In this document: positions 1 through 13,314 of the stretch, one piece after another
How positions within the stretch are numbered: the first letter of the stretch is position 1
Layout of the letters: every line of letters begins with the position of its first letter
NCBI RefSeq assembly: GCF_006345805.1
Contig: NC_043005.1
Location: 104,408,001-104,472,000, forward strand
Direction of reading: 5' to 3'
DNA from: Octopus sinensis
Lineage: Eukaryota
Length of the DNA stretch: 64,000 nucleotides
Notes under the pieces: model-generated
The model's input: only the letters and a program-made list of their open reading frames with translations
Database searches by the model: none
Told to the model about the DNA's origin: nothing
Program-made: the position numbers and the translations under genes

Positions 1-699
1 AAGGTTGCAGATCGCAGCTGTACACCCTTCTCAATTTATTTAGAGGGTCCAAAAAGGAAGCATATATAAATTACACTGTCTCCATCGAAACAGGTAGGGA
101 ATTTATAAATAATTTGTATAAAAACATACATCTAAAAATATAAACAAATGCTCAATCAAAGAGCAAATAGACTAGCTCAACACCCTCAACATTATATTTG
201 CTAAATAAAAGTTCAAATGAGTTAACTTATCCGTCTTTTTTCAAACAAACCACCACTCTCTTGTGTCGTTAGAACAGTGCTTGAATTGTTAAAAAAAATA
301 ATGTCAGCTGGTCAAGACGATGATCTAGTTCTGATTCGTAGTTTGAATAAGTTCACTTAATTTGATATCAATAATGGCTTTAAAGAGTATATGAAGATCA
401 AACATACCAACTTTTTTCTCTTTCCTTTAAAATATCAGGATCCATGCTCACTTTAAGATCTCAATATATGAAGAAGTACCACACAGTTAACTATTCTATG
501 CGAAATTAATTATCCACCCAATGAATTTGGGATAAAAGAATGATTTCGATTAACATTATTTAGAATGAAAGTGTTTCATGGAAAACTAGAAGAAAGCGGT
601 AAATTCGCTTGATCCATTTTTTAATATTTGGTTGTAGTCATTAAAATTCATTTAAATTGCTATTCTCTTGTAGAAAGGCTAAGGCATGTATAAACAATC

Positions 700-1420
700 A
701 ATTTTAAACGCAAACAGTTGAGCAGAAACAGAAGTGTCTTTTGTGGAAGACTATTACAGCTTGAGGTGACTAACTCTGGAAACATATAGATAATCATCTA
801 AGGCTATCAACTGATTATTTGATCAATCACTCAGCATTTTCTTTCTCTCAGTTCTTTAGAAACTTCCAGCAATATAGATGATTTTGGACATTGGTTGTAA
901 GCGACGCCTTTCCATAGATAATTAGGAATATAAGTGAAATACCTACTAACGCTTCGTGGATTTAGCTCGCCAGATCAACTTTCTTTCTATAGTGGTCGTC
1001 ACTAATCTTAGACTTTTAAGTAATTTCAGTCTTTCAGATTCATATTTCCACATTATTTTGACATCCAGTGTTTTCAGTTACCTCTCGATATAACACTACC
1101 TGTTTGAAACAGGTAGTGTTTATATCATTCATTTCTTTACTTTGTGTTGCTTGGTTAAATCTATATATTCGGACAATTCATGTGTGACTGCCTGAAAAAA
1201 TGTGCTTTTTATGGCCTAAATGCCCTTTCCTGTGCAAGAGATCAGTATGAAGTGAAAATTTAGGGAGATTTCTCGGATTTTTCTCTTTCCACTTATCTTA
1301 CTCACAAAGTCCCGTTATGATCTTGACACATAAAAGAAATAAGTTGCTGTAGAAAAAGGCCGCCTTATCAAAGGGCTGGTTTGATAGATTTCGTTTATCA
1401 GAAAGAAATTTATTAAAAGC
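700..1420 (-). mobile_element. Highly decayed Penelope-like element remnant (RT thumb, linker, GIY-YIG region)
   Basis: Manual minus-strand translation across frameshifts gives NLSNQPFDKAAFFYSNL, PKFSLHT, HKKHIF, CPNI, TCFKQVVLYRE and ELVTSSC..HKRHF. These are colinear with the PLE ORF at 52184-52630 (NLSSNQEAFDAATPYY, PPFSLNT, SCAPNI) and with typical GIY-YIG C-termini. Confidence 0.5.
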
Positions 1421-4400
1421 CATTTTGATGTGTGGATGCCAGGATGGAGAGGGCGGGTTTAAGGTTAAACTTTCTGAGTCTTATATAGAAAAAAATACAA
1501 ACGCCTGCATGCCGTCATTTATTCACAGCTTGTATTTTGTTCACGTGTAATCTTTAATAAATAGCGAGGTTGTCTCAGTAATGGCGGTATTATTTTCATT
1601 TCTTCGACCAACAAACCAATGTTTGAAGAAATATCAGAAACAACGGAATTTTACGGTACCTGCCAGTCTTTTTGATGTCCAAATAGAAACGGCTTTAGGG
1701 AACGAATAAAATATATGAAATATATACAAAGCGGGAAAGAATGTAATGAAAGAGAATGCAAGGAAAGGGAGAAGCATAAATAGAGGCTAAAGAAGGGAAC
1801 AGAAAATAAAAGAAAGAGAACATATTTGAATTTCAATGCTATATCATAAATAATAACTTTAAAAATTCGGGGACTAAACCACAAAGGGGGAAACAGAATT
1901 GATGGAAGTCAATAGTTGTATTGTTGTATTCTTTAATCTTTTACTTATTGGACATATTTTAGTGTTTAGGTTTTCAATGAAAAAAATATCAGTTAAAGAA
2001 CAGTAGTGAATGGGCAAAAGATCAAAGAAGTGCTCGGCTATTTCAAGTCTAACGTAAAGCATTATGGGACATCAGAGGAGGTATTTATATATATTTTTTT
2101 ACGTTGTGTCTTTGTTCTTGCGCGGGTTTTATTTATTTATTTTTTTAAAGATAAAACTGAAGTGAAATTTATTTCACCGTATTGGCCGACTATTTCGTGT
2201 GAGGAAACATGGCCGTGCATAAATTTTCTACATAAAACACAACCGACACCGGAAACTGCATCGGAGTTGTGCTAGAAGTGAAAACAGCAACTGTTGTTAG
2301 ATTAATGTAGCTTACTCTCTCTTATATCTTATTATCTCACTTAAAGTAGCTGTTATCACTGTTACAATGCAGTTTTGATATTGTGCAGTTGTACATTTGC
2401 TTTTTATTCACTGTACAAAACCGTTTCTCTACAATATATTTATGTTGATACTGTACAGTACCTTTGTCACACTGCACAATGGTCTTTCTATATACATTTT
2501 AGTATTGTGCCGTATTGGTGTACAGTACACTACTTTTAAATTCAGGTACGGGGTATTTTATGCTTCATTGAGTGATTATTGTAGAACGCATTTGTACTGT
2601 ACACTAAAGTTATATTCTACCATAAATTTATAGATTGCTCATTTGAGATACTATATGGTGCATTGCAGTTATTACAATATTGTAACCGTAACGTTGCAGG
2701 GTAGACTTTGGTGTACTCTGAACTATCATATTCATCCCAATTTTTTTACAGAGCTATTGTATTGTTTTGAGGAGGGGTAACACAGTCTGCTTGCTGCATA
2801 GTTTAATTTTATTTAATGATGGTGTTGCTCATCACCTTGCTTATATTGTACATGACACTTTCAGTAACGTTAAAAATTAGCACCTATAATTACTGATACA
2901 TTATTTTACTATATACTGTTTGTAAAATTTCGAATTCGTACAATTTGTTATAAGAACACAGATCAGTTTATTTGATGTTTATCAGAATTTTGTTGTTAGA
3001 CATTAAAGTCAAGATACAATCAATACTAAACTTATTTATTTTACGTGAATACTATTATAGATAAGTAGAAATATAAAGTAAATTTACGAGTGTGGGATTT
3101 TAATAAACACGCATTTAACCTGTTAAACCACAGATTTTCTTTCTGTAGCCAAGTATTTTCTCTCACTCAGCCACTTCCTCTCTCTCTTTATCTCTCTCTT
3201 TCTCTCACTCTCTCGCCAAACCAGGAGAAATAAACTTTCGTATTCATTTTCACATCGAAGCTAAATGTATGTTAACTAAAAAAACACGTTCATAAATTTT
3301 TACATTTCTACTTATCCTATCGTCCAATATGGCTTCCATTCATTAACATATAAATAAACGATAAGTATTTGTTTCCCCAAGTAGTTAGCGATAAATAAAT
3401 TTTTAAAAAGTTGTTTAAGATTTTTAGATGAGAGGTACATATCACGGGTTCATCATTGGATATACAATGTTCATTTGATATTTCATGAGCAGTGTTTTAC
3501 AGTAAAAATTTTATAGGAAGTAATAAATCCACGTTTTTGAACGCATGACTTTTGTATTTAAAATGTAATGCAAAGTTATTTAACAGAATTTTTCTCAACT
3601 TATTAGTCATACCAATATTCTTTATTTGTCCCCTTTTTATCATTTAAATACTTTTCTAGTTGTACTACATTGTGTTACCCGTAAAGTGCAGCTTACAGTT
3701 GTGAATGTCAAGCACACAAATTCTGTTTGGAAAACCAAAATACTGTTGACTTCTGAACATTAGCGCTTCGAGTCACTCTCGAATTCGGAATAAGCAAAAT
3801 GTGCCACAGTTCTCCTTGTCGGAGACGGATATCTTTAATCAGCAACGAATGTATAGTAGCACTTTACCTACTTTTAGTGTGCAGAACAATTGTATAAGAT
3901 AACATTATGCGATTACTTCAACTTGTAGTTGGGAAATAGAATCACACATAAGCGCACGCACATATACAACATCATTAATGTACTTGCGTATGTGTTTATC
4001 TATTAACTATTTACACAAGTACACACAAGCAAGGACACAAATACAAACACACAAACACATGTCATAGGCTTCCCGCTCTTAAAGTGTTTGTTCTCTCTTT
4101 TGAGATCGCAGGTAGCTATCAATGGAAATATTAGTAATTCAGTAATATTCTTAAAAGGTCAGGATTAATTTCAGTTTCAGATTAGTTTAACGTTATTAAT
4201 ACGGAATTATCTAATAATTTCAAAAATTAAAGTAGCTTTAGAAGTAAACTTTAATTCTTTTCTATAGCGTTAATTGAGATAAGACAAGTATCCTATCTAC
4301 CTCTCTATAAGCTGTCAATAGCAAACTGTCAGAAATTCTAGTTAACACTTTTACAGATGTGTAAACTGAAGCAATTAGAATATATTTCCCAAAATCTTGC

Positions 4401-5953
4401 CCAGGGACTCAAAGAAATGTCTGTAGTAGGGTATGAACTTTCGACAGAGCCAAGAATTAATTACTGGAGACTTTATTCATTTGGCCGTTTCGTTTTTTTT
4501 TTGTAAGGAAAAGCGATTAGAGTTACCCCTCCCCAAACTGCAACTTATTCATAAGTTGTTAAAACATTTAAGAAAAGAAACTATAATTAATTAATTATTA
4601 AAATCAACATTTCATTAATAATTTAATTAATTGTTTGAGCATTTTTGCAAAGAAATCTTAACTACAAGAAGTATAAATTTATTTTGTTGATCGCATTTGT
4701 AAATGAATATAATATGATGCTGTTGGGTTTTTGAAAGATATTTGAAAGGTAGGCAAGGTGTAATGAAACAAGTTCAACAAGGGTCAAGACTGGATCAGGA
4801 TTTCGGTCTCTTGAAGGCTTTGTTTTACAAAAGACAGAATATAGATGAGATTTTTAAATAGTACAAACACGTTCTCACAAGGAAGAATGTTTTCTTATTG
4901 AATCGATCTCAGAATACTAAATATTTTAACAATTCGGAAAAATTACAGGTAAAAATTGATTCTATGTTAAGAAAAATGTGACGCCAATTCCCATATCAGT
5001 AAACATATAAATCGATTCTCTATCATTGACCAAAAACATTCTTGTTATTGAACAAGTTAAAATTACTAGGGCAGTTTAGTAGGGAACGAAAATGTCAAAC
5101 GCATATAATACACTATCGTTTAACTATGCAAATTCCACGGTTGATTTGAAGGCTATAATATCGTTGGAGGTTTATAGAGAACCATGAAAAGTAGCATTAT
5201 GTGAAATTGTATTTGGGTTCTTAGGATTGTGTAAAGCCATATATGAGTAATACTGGGTGCACAGTCTTTAAGAAAACATCTTTGAACATTATATTCTTTG
5301 TTCCAGACTTTTTCATCTCTTCTACTGTGAGAGTTGTTATATCTAACCAAAATAAAAGAGCTTTAAAGAAGACTATATATAGCAGTCCTTCACAAAATAG
5401 TAGCACATTTAACTTTGTCTTCCATTGTGGCTATATTAGGAAAATTATTGAAAATACATTAAAATCATAATATGTATGGCAAAAATTTTAAGCAAGCATA
5501 ATTATGCGGTAAAGTCGAATACATAGTATATCTAAAACATTGTTCTGGTATGACAGGACAGCATTGGTAACCCTTCAACGAATCTTAATACACTGTACTA
5601 TATCCTTGTTTCCAGAAAAGTATATGCAGCCGAACGTGAACCCTCGGCTTGAATGCTCAAAGTACGATAGCTGTCCAATTGAATTGTGGATTCTAAATTT
5701 TAAAAAAATATCAGTAATTTGCATGTACATGCACACACATGAGGGGATGCTAAAAAGCTTCTGGCTTAAAGAGTATCGTGAAAAGTCTGGCTGGAGGCCC
5801 AGCTTTTCGAGTTCTTTTACAGGGCTTAGAAAACCTGAAGGACAGCTGCAATAAGTGTGTGAATCTGAGAGGAAAATATGTTGAATAAAATCATAATTAG
5901 CAGATCCTATTTTCTTTTACCCAAAGCCAGGAACTTTTCAACACCCCTCGTTT

Positions 5954-5991
<38 letters not shown>

Positions 5992-6399
5992 GAAGAAGTA
6001 GTATTTGAAGAGAACATTTTGAAACTATATTCTTTGTAATACTTGTCCTATATTATACACTCATACACGTGTATAATACATTTTGTTTCGATCTCGTTTC
6101 ATAATTGTTACTTACGCAGAGTAATATTGTGGGTGATATGTGATTCTAGTTTATAAGAAGACATCTCAGTAATGAAGAAAAACTCTCTTCAGCAATGAAG
6201 AAAAAAGTTCTACTGAGACAATTCAATCGTCTAGATCCTCTTCTATATATATACATAGCTTTGCCCAACATGAGGAATTTGGTGCGCATTGATTTCTTAG
6301 CTACAAGGAATAATTATGTGTACGAGTGAATACAGTTGATCGAATTTGTGTCATTACATTGCAGTTACAGGATACTCATTTCCTAGCATAGGTATCAGG

Positions 6400-6520
6400 C
6401 CACAAATAATGGTTTGGTGATTATCGATTAGATTCCCTCCAGTACTTGATTAGTCCTTATTTTAGTCACCCAGGAAGGATCAAAGGCAAAATTGACAGAG
6501 ACAGAGTTACGAATCTGAAC
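6400..6520 (-). mobile_element. Decayed SINE (family C) fragment
   Basis: agtacttgattagtccttattttagtcacccaggaaggatcaaaggcaaaattgac resembles the reverse complement of the core in the 17018-17787 array. Confidence 0.5.
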
Positions 6521-6573
6521 AGTAGCAGTAATGATTTAATGGCATGAAATATTTGACTTTTAATTATATTTCA

Positions 6574-6976
6574 TTAGCTTTTAAACGACTGCTGCAGAAG
6601 TTGCTTTCAGGGGCATTCCTTAAATTGTCTGCATATACAGACTCGGTTCCCCTTATCTGCATTTGTAAACATTACTACAATCATCTGTTCGACATCTGAG
6701 CATAGAACGTAAAACGCACTTTCTAAATACCGGGAGGTATTTTGTCCTAAGCTCTATCGTCTGTTCTAATCAACTGCTCATTTAAAAAAAATATTACATC
6801 TGACTTAGTTATAAGGATATACATTTTAGTCTAGGGGTAGAGTTAATTTTCGAGATGTCGAACAGATGATTGTAGTAATGTTTACAAATGCAGATAAGGG
6901 GAACCGAGTCTGTATATGCAGACAATTTAAGGAATGCCCCTGAAAGCAACTTCTGCAGCAGTCGTTTAAAAGCTAA
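6574..6976. repeat. Perfect 124-bp inverted repeat (6574-6697 / 6853-6976) with 155-bp spacer
   Basis: Base-by-base comparison shows the right arm is the exact reverse complement of the left arm. Both ends read TTAGC...GCTAA. Confidence 0.95.
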
Positions 6977-7232
6977 AACAGAACCCACAGGAGTGATGGA
7001 AGAGAAAGTATTAATCGAGATGGTTCTGGCAGTTGGCCATTTAGTCTAAATACTGAATGGATGCCGCTGGACGTAGTTGCAAACTATTTTCTAGAAATAT
7101 GGCCGACACAAGTTGTACTTTGTACCGCTATTAGGTTGAGGTAGTTGACGCTGCCGAAATTTTAGAACGGTTTTAATTCAAAAGCTCACTACTAGCACCA
7201 AGTTTTATTAACTACTCTCTATTAGATGTATT

Positions 7233-7622
7233 GGAGGCGCAATGGCCCAGTGGTTAGGGCAGCAGACTCGCGGTCATAGGATCGCGGTTTCGATTCCCAG
7301 ACCGGGCGTTGTGAGTGTTTATTGAGTGAAAACACCTAAAACTCCACGAGGCTCCGGCAGGGGATGGTGGTGAACCCTGCTGTACTCTTTCGCCACAACT
7401 TTCTCTCACTCTTACTTCCTGTTTCTGTTGTACCTGTATTTCAAAGGGCCGGCCTTGTCACTCTCTGTGTCACGCTGAATATCCCCGAGAACTACGTTAA
7501 GGGTATACGTGTCTGTGGAGTGCTCAGCCACTTACACGTTAATTTCACGAGCAGGCTGTTCCGTTGATTCGGATCAACCGGAACCCTCGTCGTCGTAACT
7601 GACGGAGTGCTTCCATCCATCC
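7233..7622 (+). mobile_element. Full-length tRNA-derived SINE, head A + tail X
   Basis: tRNA-like head with A-box tggcccagtgg and B-box ggtttcgattcc, (CCAT)n tail, and a 12-bp target-site duplication attagatgtatt at 7221-7232 and 7623-7634. Confidence 0.95.
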
Positions 7623-7836
7623 ATTAGATGTATTGCAATAGTTGGAGGTTGCACTGGATAGATCTGCAGAGATTCGTGCAGTATGTGAGCTACCAACGAC
7701 GTTATTGTCAACAGTCACAAACAGTAGTGAAAATACTTTGGTCAAAATTTAATGTCTCTAATTTTTCCGTATTGGGAAAGTCGCGTTTAGTTTCCAGTAA
7801 AAGGATTCTTAGGTATGTGTCTTCTCCATATTGATC

Positions 7837-7925
7837 ATATATATATGTATGCATGCATGCATGCATGCATGCATGCATGTATGTATGTATGTATGTATGT
7901 ATGTATGTATGTATGTATGTATGTG
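7837..7925. repeat. (CATG)n/(TATG)n microsatellite
   Basis: Direct reading. Confidence 0.98.
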
Positions 7926-8319
7926 TGTTTTATGGTTGCTCCGATGCGTATTTTCAAACTCACACACACGATATCAGACGCTTGAATGAAATTGTAAGTT
8001 TTTACATGAGCATTGTCTATAAACTACTCCATGCATGTTTCCGGGCCTTCGATACATACTTCAGACGCCAAACTACTCCAAAACTTCTCAATCGCTGCGC
8101 CTCTCACCCTCTGTAGACGACCTTAAAGAAATGTTATATTCAGTTGATTTACCCAACAATATAGCTAATAATGGTAATGATTTCAAGGAACAATAAGCAA
8201 TGACAAACTCGCAGAATTTGAACTAATGATAAAAAAAGGTAAATGAAGACGGTAAGTTCGACACTGCTTCTCTTCCTTTTAATCCGGCAACTGCCACTGC
8301 CAGCATATATATTAATATA

Positions 8320-8480
8320 TCCTTTCTACTAAAGGCACAAGGCCTGGAATTTTTTCGGGGTGGGGGACAAGTCGATTACATCGACCCCAGTGTTTTACAG
8401 GTACTTATTTTATCGACCCTGAAAGGATGAAAGATAACGTCGACCTCGGCGGAATTTGAACTCAGAACGTAGCGACGCCG
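8320..8480 (-). mobile_element. SINE family C, 5'-truncated
   Basis: Reverse complement matches gttctgagttcaaattccgccgaggtcgac...tcgataaaataagtacc and the tail of the 17018 array units. Confidence 0.85.
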
Positions 8481-8504
8481 CCTTATATATTGATATATCA
8501 ATAT

Positions 8505-8539
<35 letters not shown>

Positions 8540-8690
8540 TTAATTTTGTATTGTAAAGTTGACAGATTGGCAGATTTAATAAGATGGTCAAATTTTTACC
8601 TCGGTGTATTTAGTTGCGTACATAATAGCTCTGGATTCACACCTTGCGAAGATCGAATATACTTTCTGGATCCAAAAATAAATAAATAAC

Positions 8691-8721
<31 letters not shown>

Positions 8722-10149
8722 ATGATGTAAGTATGAGATGAATGCTGGATTTCATAGATTCTAATTATTCCCCAAATCTGAGGTAGATTTTCTCAGAAAT
8801 CAATATTGTTTTAACAATGCGTGCTTGCCCATACGATTGAGAGCACTCATATAAACACGGATTTATATACACGCGGATGTGTGTGTGTGTATATCTATAT
8901 ATAAATATACATATATATGTATATGTGTGTATATATATATATATGTGTGTGTGTGTACATATATGTATGTAGATATATATATTCATATACATACTACATA
9001 CATGTTTGTATACACACACAAATATACGCGCGCACACTCATATACATATGAGCACACGCCACCCATATGTACTGAGGAGAAACAAAGGAAGAGAGACAAC
9101 TAGGGAGATGGAGGAAGAGATGTGCGCATGTACGCACAAAATTATGCAGAGATAAATATAATATAAATCAAGCCACACACATACATCTAACCACCCAGAA
9201 ATATTTAAATATGTATATATGTGAAGGTATCAGTATTTGTATGTTAATATGGGTTTCACACATACGCACACACACAAACACACATACATACACACTCACT
9301 CACATTCATACACACACACATACAGACACACATACACACATACACATTTAATGAAGTCTCTGTAGGTGAAAGTAGTGGATAGATGTGGTCTTTGTAGTTT
9401 AACATAATTCAACATGTGCTGCCGACCAGAAAATCACTTTCACTTACGTTATGGCGGCCATCTGTTTTGTTCTTGCCTTTCTTTCTAATTTCTCTTTTTC
9501 GTTACTTTTTTAAATCTTATTTTTTTTAATTGTTTATATTTCTACAATTTATTATTATTTATACACACACATATATAACACATCACTAATACATACACAA
9601 TTATCAGCACACACACACACACACACGTGTGTGTGTATGTGAGTATTAAATGTGTGTGCGTTTGCTTCTGTTTATGTGTATGTGTGTGAGTGTGTTTACA
9701 TGTATGTATATGGTACTTTGAATGTGCGTTTGAGTTTGTGTTGTGTGATGTGTTTCTAAGAATATGTGCTTGAGTCCGTAACCCTTCGCTGTTGTTAAAC
9801 TGCTCCTTATAGTACGCTTTAAGGAAATAGCTATATGAGCGTGTGCTTGTGTGTAGGTGTGCTTATGTATGTATGTCTGCATATGTTGCATGTGTGTGTG
9901 TGCGTGTATATGCGTGGTACGTGCGTAAGTGAATTTTATGGTGGTGTATGTGTATGTATATGTTTGTGTGAAGGTGTAATGAAAGATTTCGTTTCGTATA
10001 CAGTTTATACATTAGTTTCGGTTATACATAGTGTTACGGCACATCATGCTAAACCTATAGCAATAAAATTCTGCATCGTCAATACCGGAGAAATTCGAAT
10101 ATGGTAGAAATATATGAAGATAATTCTTAACACTAACTGAGAACAGCAC

Positions 10150-10525
10150 AACTCAAAACTAAAGCCGAAGCTAGTAAAATCGAAAGTATTTTTCCATTGT
10201 AAGACAGAAACAAAACTTACCCTCCAGAAACTATGAGACAAAAGTAATAATACTGAATACATTAAACATTTGCAGAATATTTGGAGATAGAGCAGAAACG
10301 ATTAAATGTTTTGTTTCTGGCTCTCCAGTATTTACCAGTAGATAATACATTTACACGATTATAAGGAATTATCGACAGACTAGAAATGATATAAACATAC
10401 GCCAGATCAAATCTCATTGTATCACAAAATGACTGTATTCTCGGATGTACAGATCCACAGAGATAGGGACATGAACACCAAACGATTCCTAATATTATCA
10501 ATAAAAGTGTTTCCTGATTGAAGAA
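10150..10525 (+). mobile_element. Decayed R4/Dong-type LINE fragment (CCHC knuckle and restriction-like endonuclease start)
   Basis: QNLPSRNYETKVI, ICRIFGDRAETIKCFVSGSPVF, DVQIHRDRDMNTKR and KCFLIE are colinear with the better-preserved copies at 18636-19157 and 34716-35150. Confidence 0.65.
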
Positions 10526-11362
10526 TGAGTCATAACGGAGCGCACTGGTGCTTGTGCGGCAGACTTCATCTGTGCCTCTGGTTTTCATCTCAAGACCCGG
10601 CTATTGTTGCTTCTACAACTATCCCTTTTTTATGCTGTTGCTTTTTTTTTACGAGCTGAAAGGCCTCGAGTAATTTTTGCTATCACACATATAACACTTG
10701 ACTTTTCTACTGTGCACCACCAGCCAGACATATTTAAAGGTTGAACTTTAATAGAATACATTTCTTCTCTGTGGTCCATTGTAGGTTGCTCGTACTCTCA
10801 CCACTTCCCCACATAGTTTAGTAAAAGTTACAATTAAGTAGGAATCAATGTCAACGTCCCGGTTGTTTCTCTCATACATTTTTCTTTCCACCATCATTAA
10901 GGGGCCTCTCTATAGGTTATATAATGTACGAGTACTGAGTCTTTTAAGCTGCTTTCCCTTATTTCAATCGCCGAAATTCTAGTTTTATTTGATGTAACAG
11001 ATGTCTTGTTATTTTCTTACATAGCAGATGATCTTTAAAAACTCTCCTTTTGAAGACCCTTCTTTGTCACAGGAGAAGGTGAGGTGGGACACTGTTCTTA
11101 TCCGGCGAAAACTTCGCGGAAAGAGACAAAGTCACTACAAACATACTTTACCTCCTTTTCCGCGTTCCTTCTCATCTTCAGTTTCTCCTACACTCCTTTG
11201 AAGCTAACAAACGATTGGCGTTGTTCTCGCTATTGTTGTTGCTGTTCTTGTTCTCGCCGTTGCTGTTGTGTTCTCATTGTTGATACTGTGATTGTTATTA
11301 CTAGCAACGTTGGGGAAGCTACGGACATCATTCTTATTGTTAATCTAATTTTCATACTACTG

Positions 11363-11365
<3 letters not shown>

Positions 11366-11408
<43 letters not shown>

Positions 11409-11424
11409 CACCACCACCACCACC

Positions 11425-11477
<53 letters not shown>

Positions 11478-11510
11478 ACCACCACCACCACTACTGCTAC
11501 TACCCCACCC
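11366..11510. repeat. Compound (CTA)n/(CCA)n microsatellite
   Basis: Direct reading; explains the poly-L/P/H part of ORF 11084-11695. Confidence 0.97.
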
Positions 11511-12234
11511 CACCCATTACTATCGCGGGATCTGCTCTGCGATCAGCTTCCCCGGGCTTCATCACACCGGTTTCTATGCACGCCGCAATGGTATTTTATT
11601 CGAGCATATCTCGAATTCAATTTTTTTCGACAGGATGGAAATTTTTACCGGTAATCCAAACAAAAACAAAAACAACGATAGTAATTGTTCCTTAAATGTT
11701 TTCAATGTTAAAAAAAAACAAAAACAAATAGAAATGACTTCACCCGGCATTCATAGCAAAATATTCAGCTGGATACTGAATTGTAGACCACACATGTCTA
11801 GTACCGCGTGCGCGCGCACACACACACACAGAGTCACACACACACATGCTCTGACATGAATGGTGAACAAAACATACTGGAAGCAACATCTTGAAATATA
11901 TTAAAAAAGACAAGAATCACGGGTTCATTTTAATTTGTTAAATTGTTAATTATATATTTGATAATGATGGCAAACATTTCTGAAAAAGACATTTCCAAGT
12001 GGTAGGGATATAAAATTTCCTGTCGATAGGTCAGCAGTTTTCAGCACCCAGACATGCTGAACAAATAGATATCAAATTAGTACTAAAAAAATATCAGTTA
12101 TCAGTTGAGCTCATGCGTATCCTACTATTCTGCGTTAAAGTATCTCCGTAAAAACGAAACTACTCATTTCCTCTGTAGTGATCCTTATTGCTTTGTCTTT
12201 CATGTTCTATATAATAATTTCAGTATATCTTTAA

Positions 12235-13314
12235 CCCTTTCGTTACTATATTTCTGACCAAATTACACCCCTTATGTGTTTCAATTAATTTCTAACGTAA
12301 TCATAAATTTAGTCTGGTTTCATTAAACAACTATAACTTTTTTATTTATCGATATATTAATCTGATTTTTGGAAGATAATTTAATGAAATATTCTCAACC
12401 AATTCTATACTATAATTTTTGTCACAAAGTGACTCTATTTGCAGGTAGATACAGGTAAATTCCACAAAATATAAAATTATTAAAATTTTGTTCAAACATC
12501 GCTATAGAAAATATTAGCTAATATTCAATTGGGTATACAACAAAATTTTACGATAGAATTTGTTATTCTGGGTAACTTTCTGATACCCATAATAATATTT
12601 ATGGCAAAATAGGCCTTAATTTCATTTAAGGTTGTGGGAAATAACAAACTATCCTTTCTTCGTTTTGTTTACGTTTAGCGTAACGGTTCGTTTTCGCTGT
12701 AATGATTTCAAATAGGCTCATTCGAAAAAGTAAATAGAAATAGCCTAAGGCTTTACCCTTCTGGGAAAGTCTGTGGCTTGGGCCAGTTTCTGCAGAAAAA
12801 TCACCGAAAGAAACAGTTTTAAAATTTTCACTCCATTCAGGTGCCAATTCGTTTTCTTTATCGCTATCGGAGATGTCGGATTCACTGTTTTCACTTTCGG
12901 AAAATGAAACATCAAATTCATTATCAAATACCATGTGCTTTTTTTTTTCAGTCATAGAGTTAGATTTATGAAGGTCTTCAGTAGAAAATCCTTCGAATTC
13001 TGACTCGCTGCTTGATATAATGAAATTCGTATCCATTTTTTGTCAGAATTACAAATTTTGAAAACACAATAGGAACAAATTTCGGAAAAAAATCTCCCAA
13101 AATTCACGGAATTAAAATTACACTTCGATTATTGTACAAAACTGTAGTTGAACTGTTTACGAAGTATAATACGTGTTTTCACGAATGTACTGAAGAGATT
13201 TGCTCTGATATTCTCATTTAAATATGAATAGGTAAATTCGGGCGGCTTTGGGCGGTTTGGTTTCATAAACCAAAATTTTTTCGGGCGGCTTTGGGCGGTT
13301 TGGTAACGAAAGGG
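12235..13314 (-). mobile_element. Internally deleted piggyBac transposon
   Basis: TTAA target duplication at 12231-12234 and 13315-13318. Terminal inverted repeats ccctttcgttac / gtaacgaaaggg. 25-bp subterminal direct repeats at 13237-13261 and 13280-13304. Carries a transposase N-terminal ORF. Confidence 0.92.
12626..13036 (-). pseudogene. piggyBac transposase N-terminal fragment (136 aa), truncated by internal deletion
   Basis: Acidic N-terminus followed by W..NF...F.AETGP...ALGYFYLLF...LFEIITAKTNRYA, the motif that opens the piggyBac DDE domain. No catalytic core follows. Confidence 0.8.

Noticed and set aside
1600-1720. NKPMFEE...GFRERIKYM resembling PLE thumb on the + strand
   Set aside because: Only one short motif; flanking expected motifs are not found.
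7940-8170. Possible Tc1 transposase C-terminal remnant on -
   Set aside because: Similarity too weak to distinguish from chance by eye.
11084-11695. 203-aa ORF with poly-Leu/Pro/His
   Set aside because: Length is due to (CTA)/(CCA) and TGT-rich repeats; no recognisable domain.
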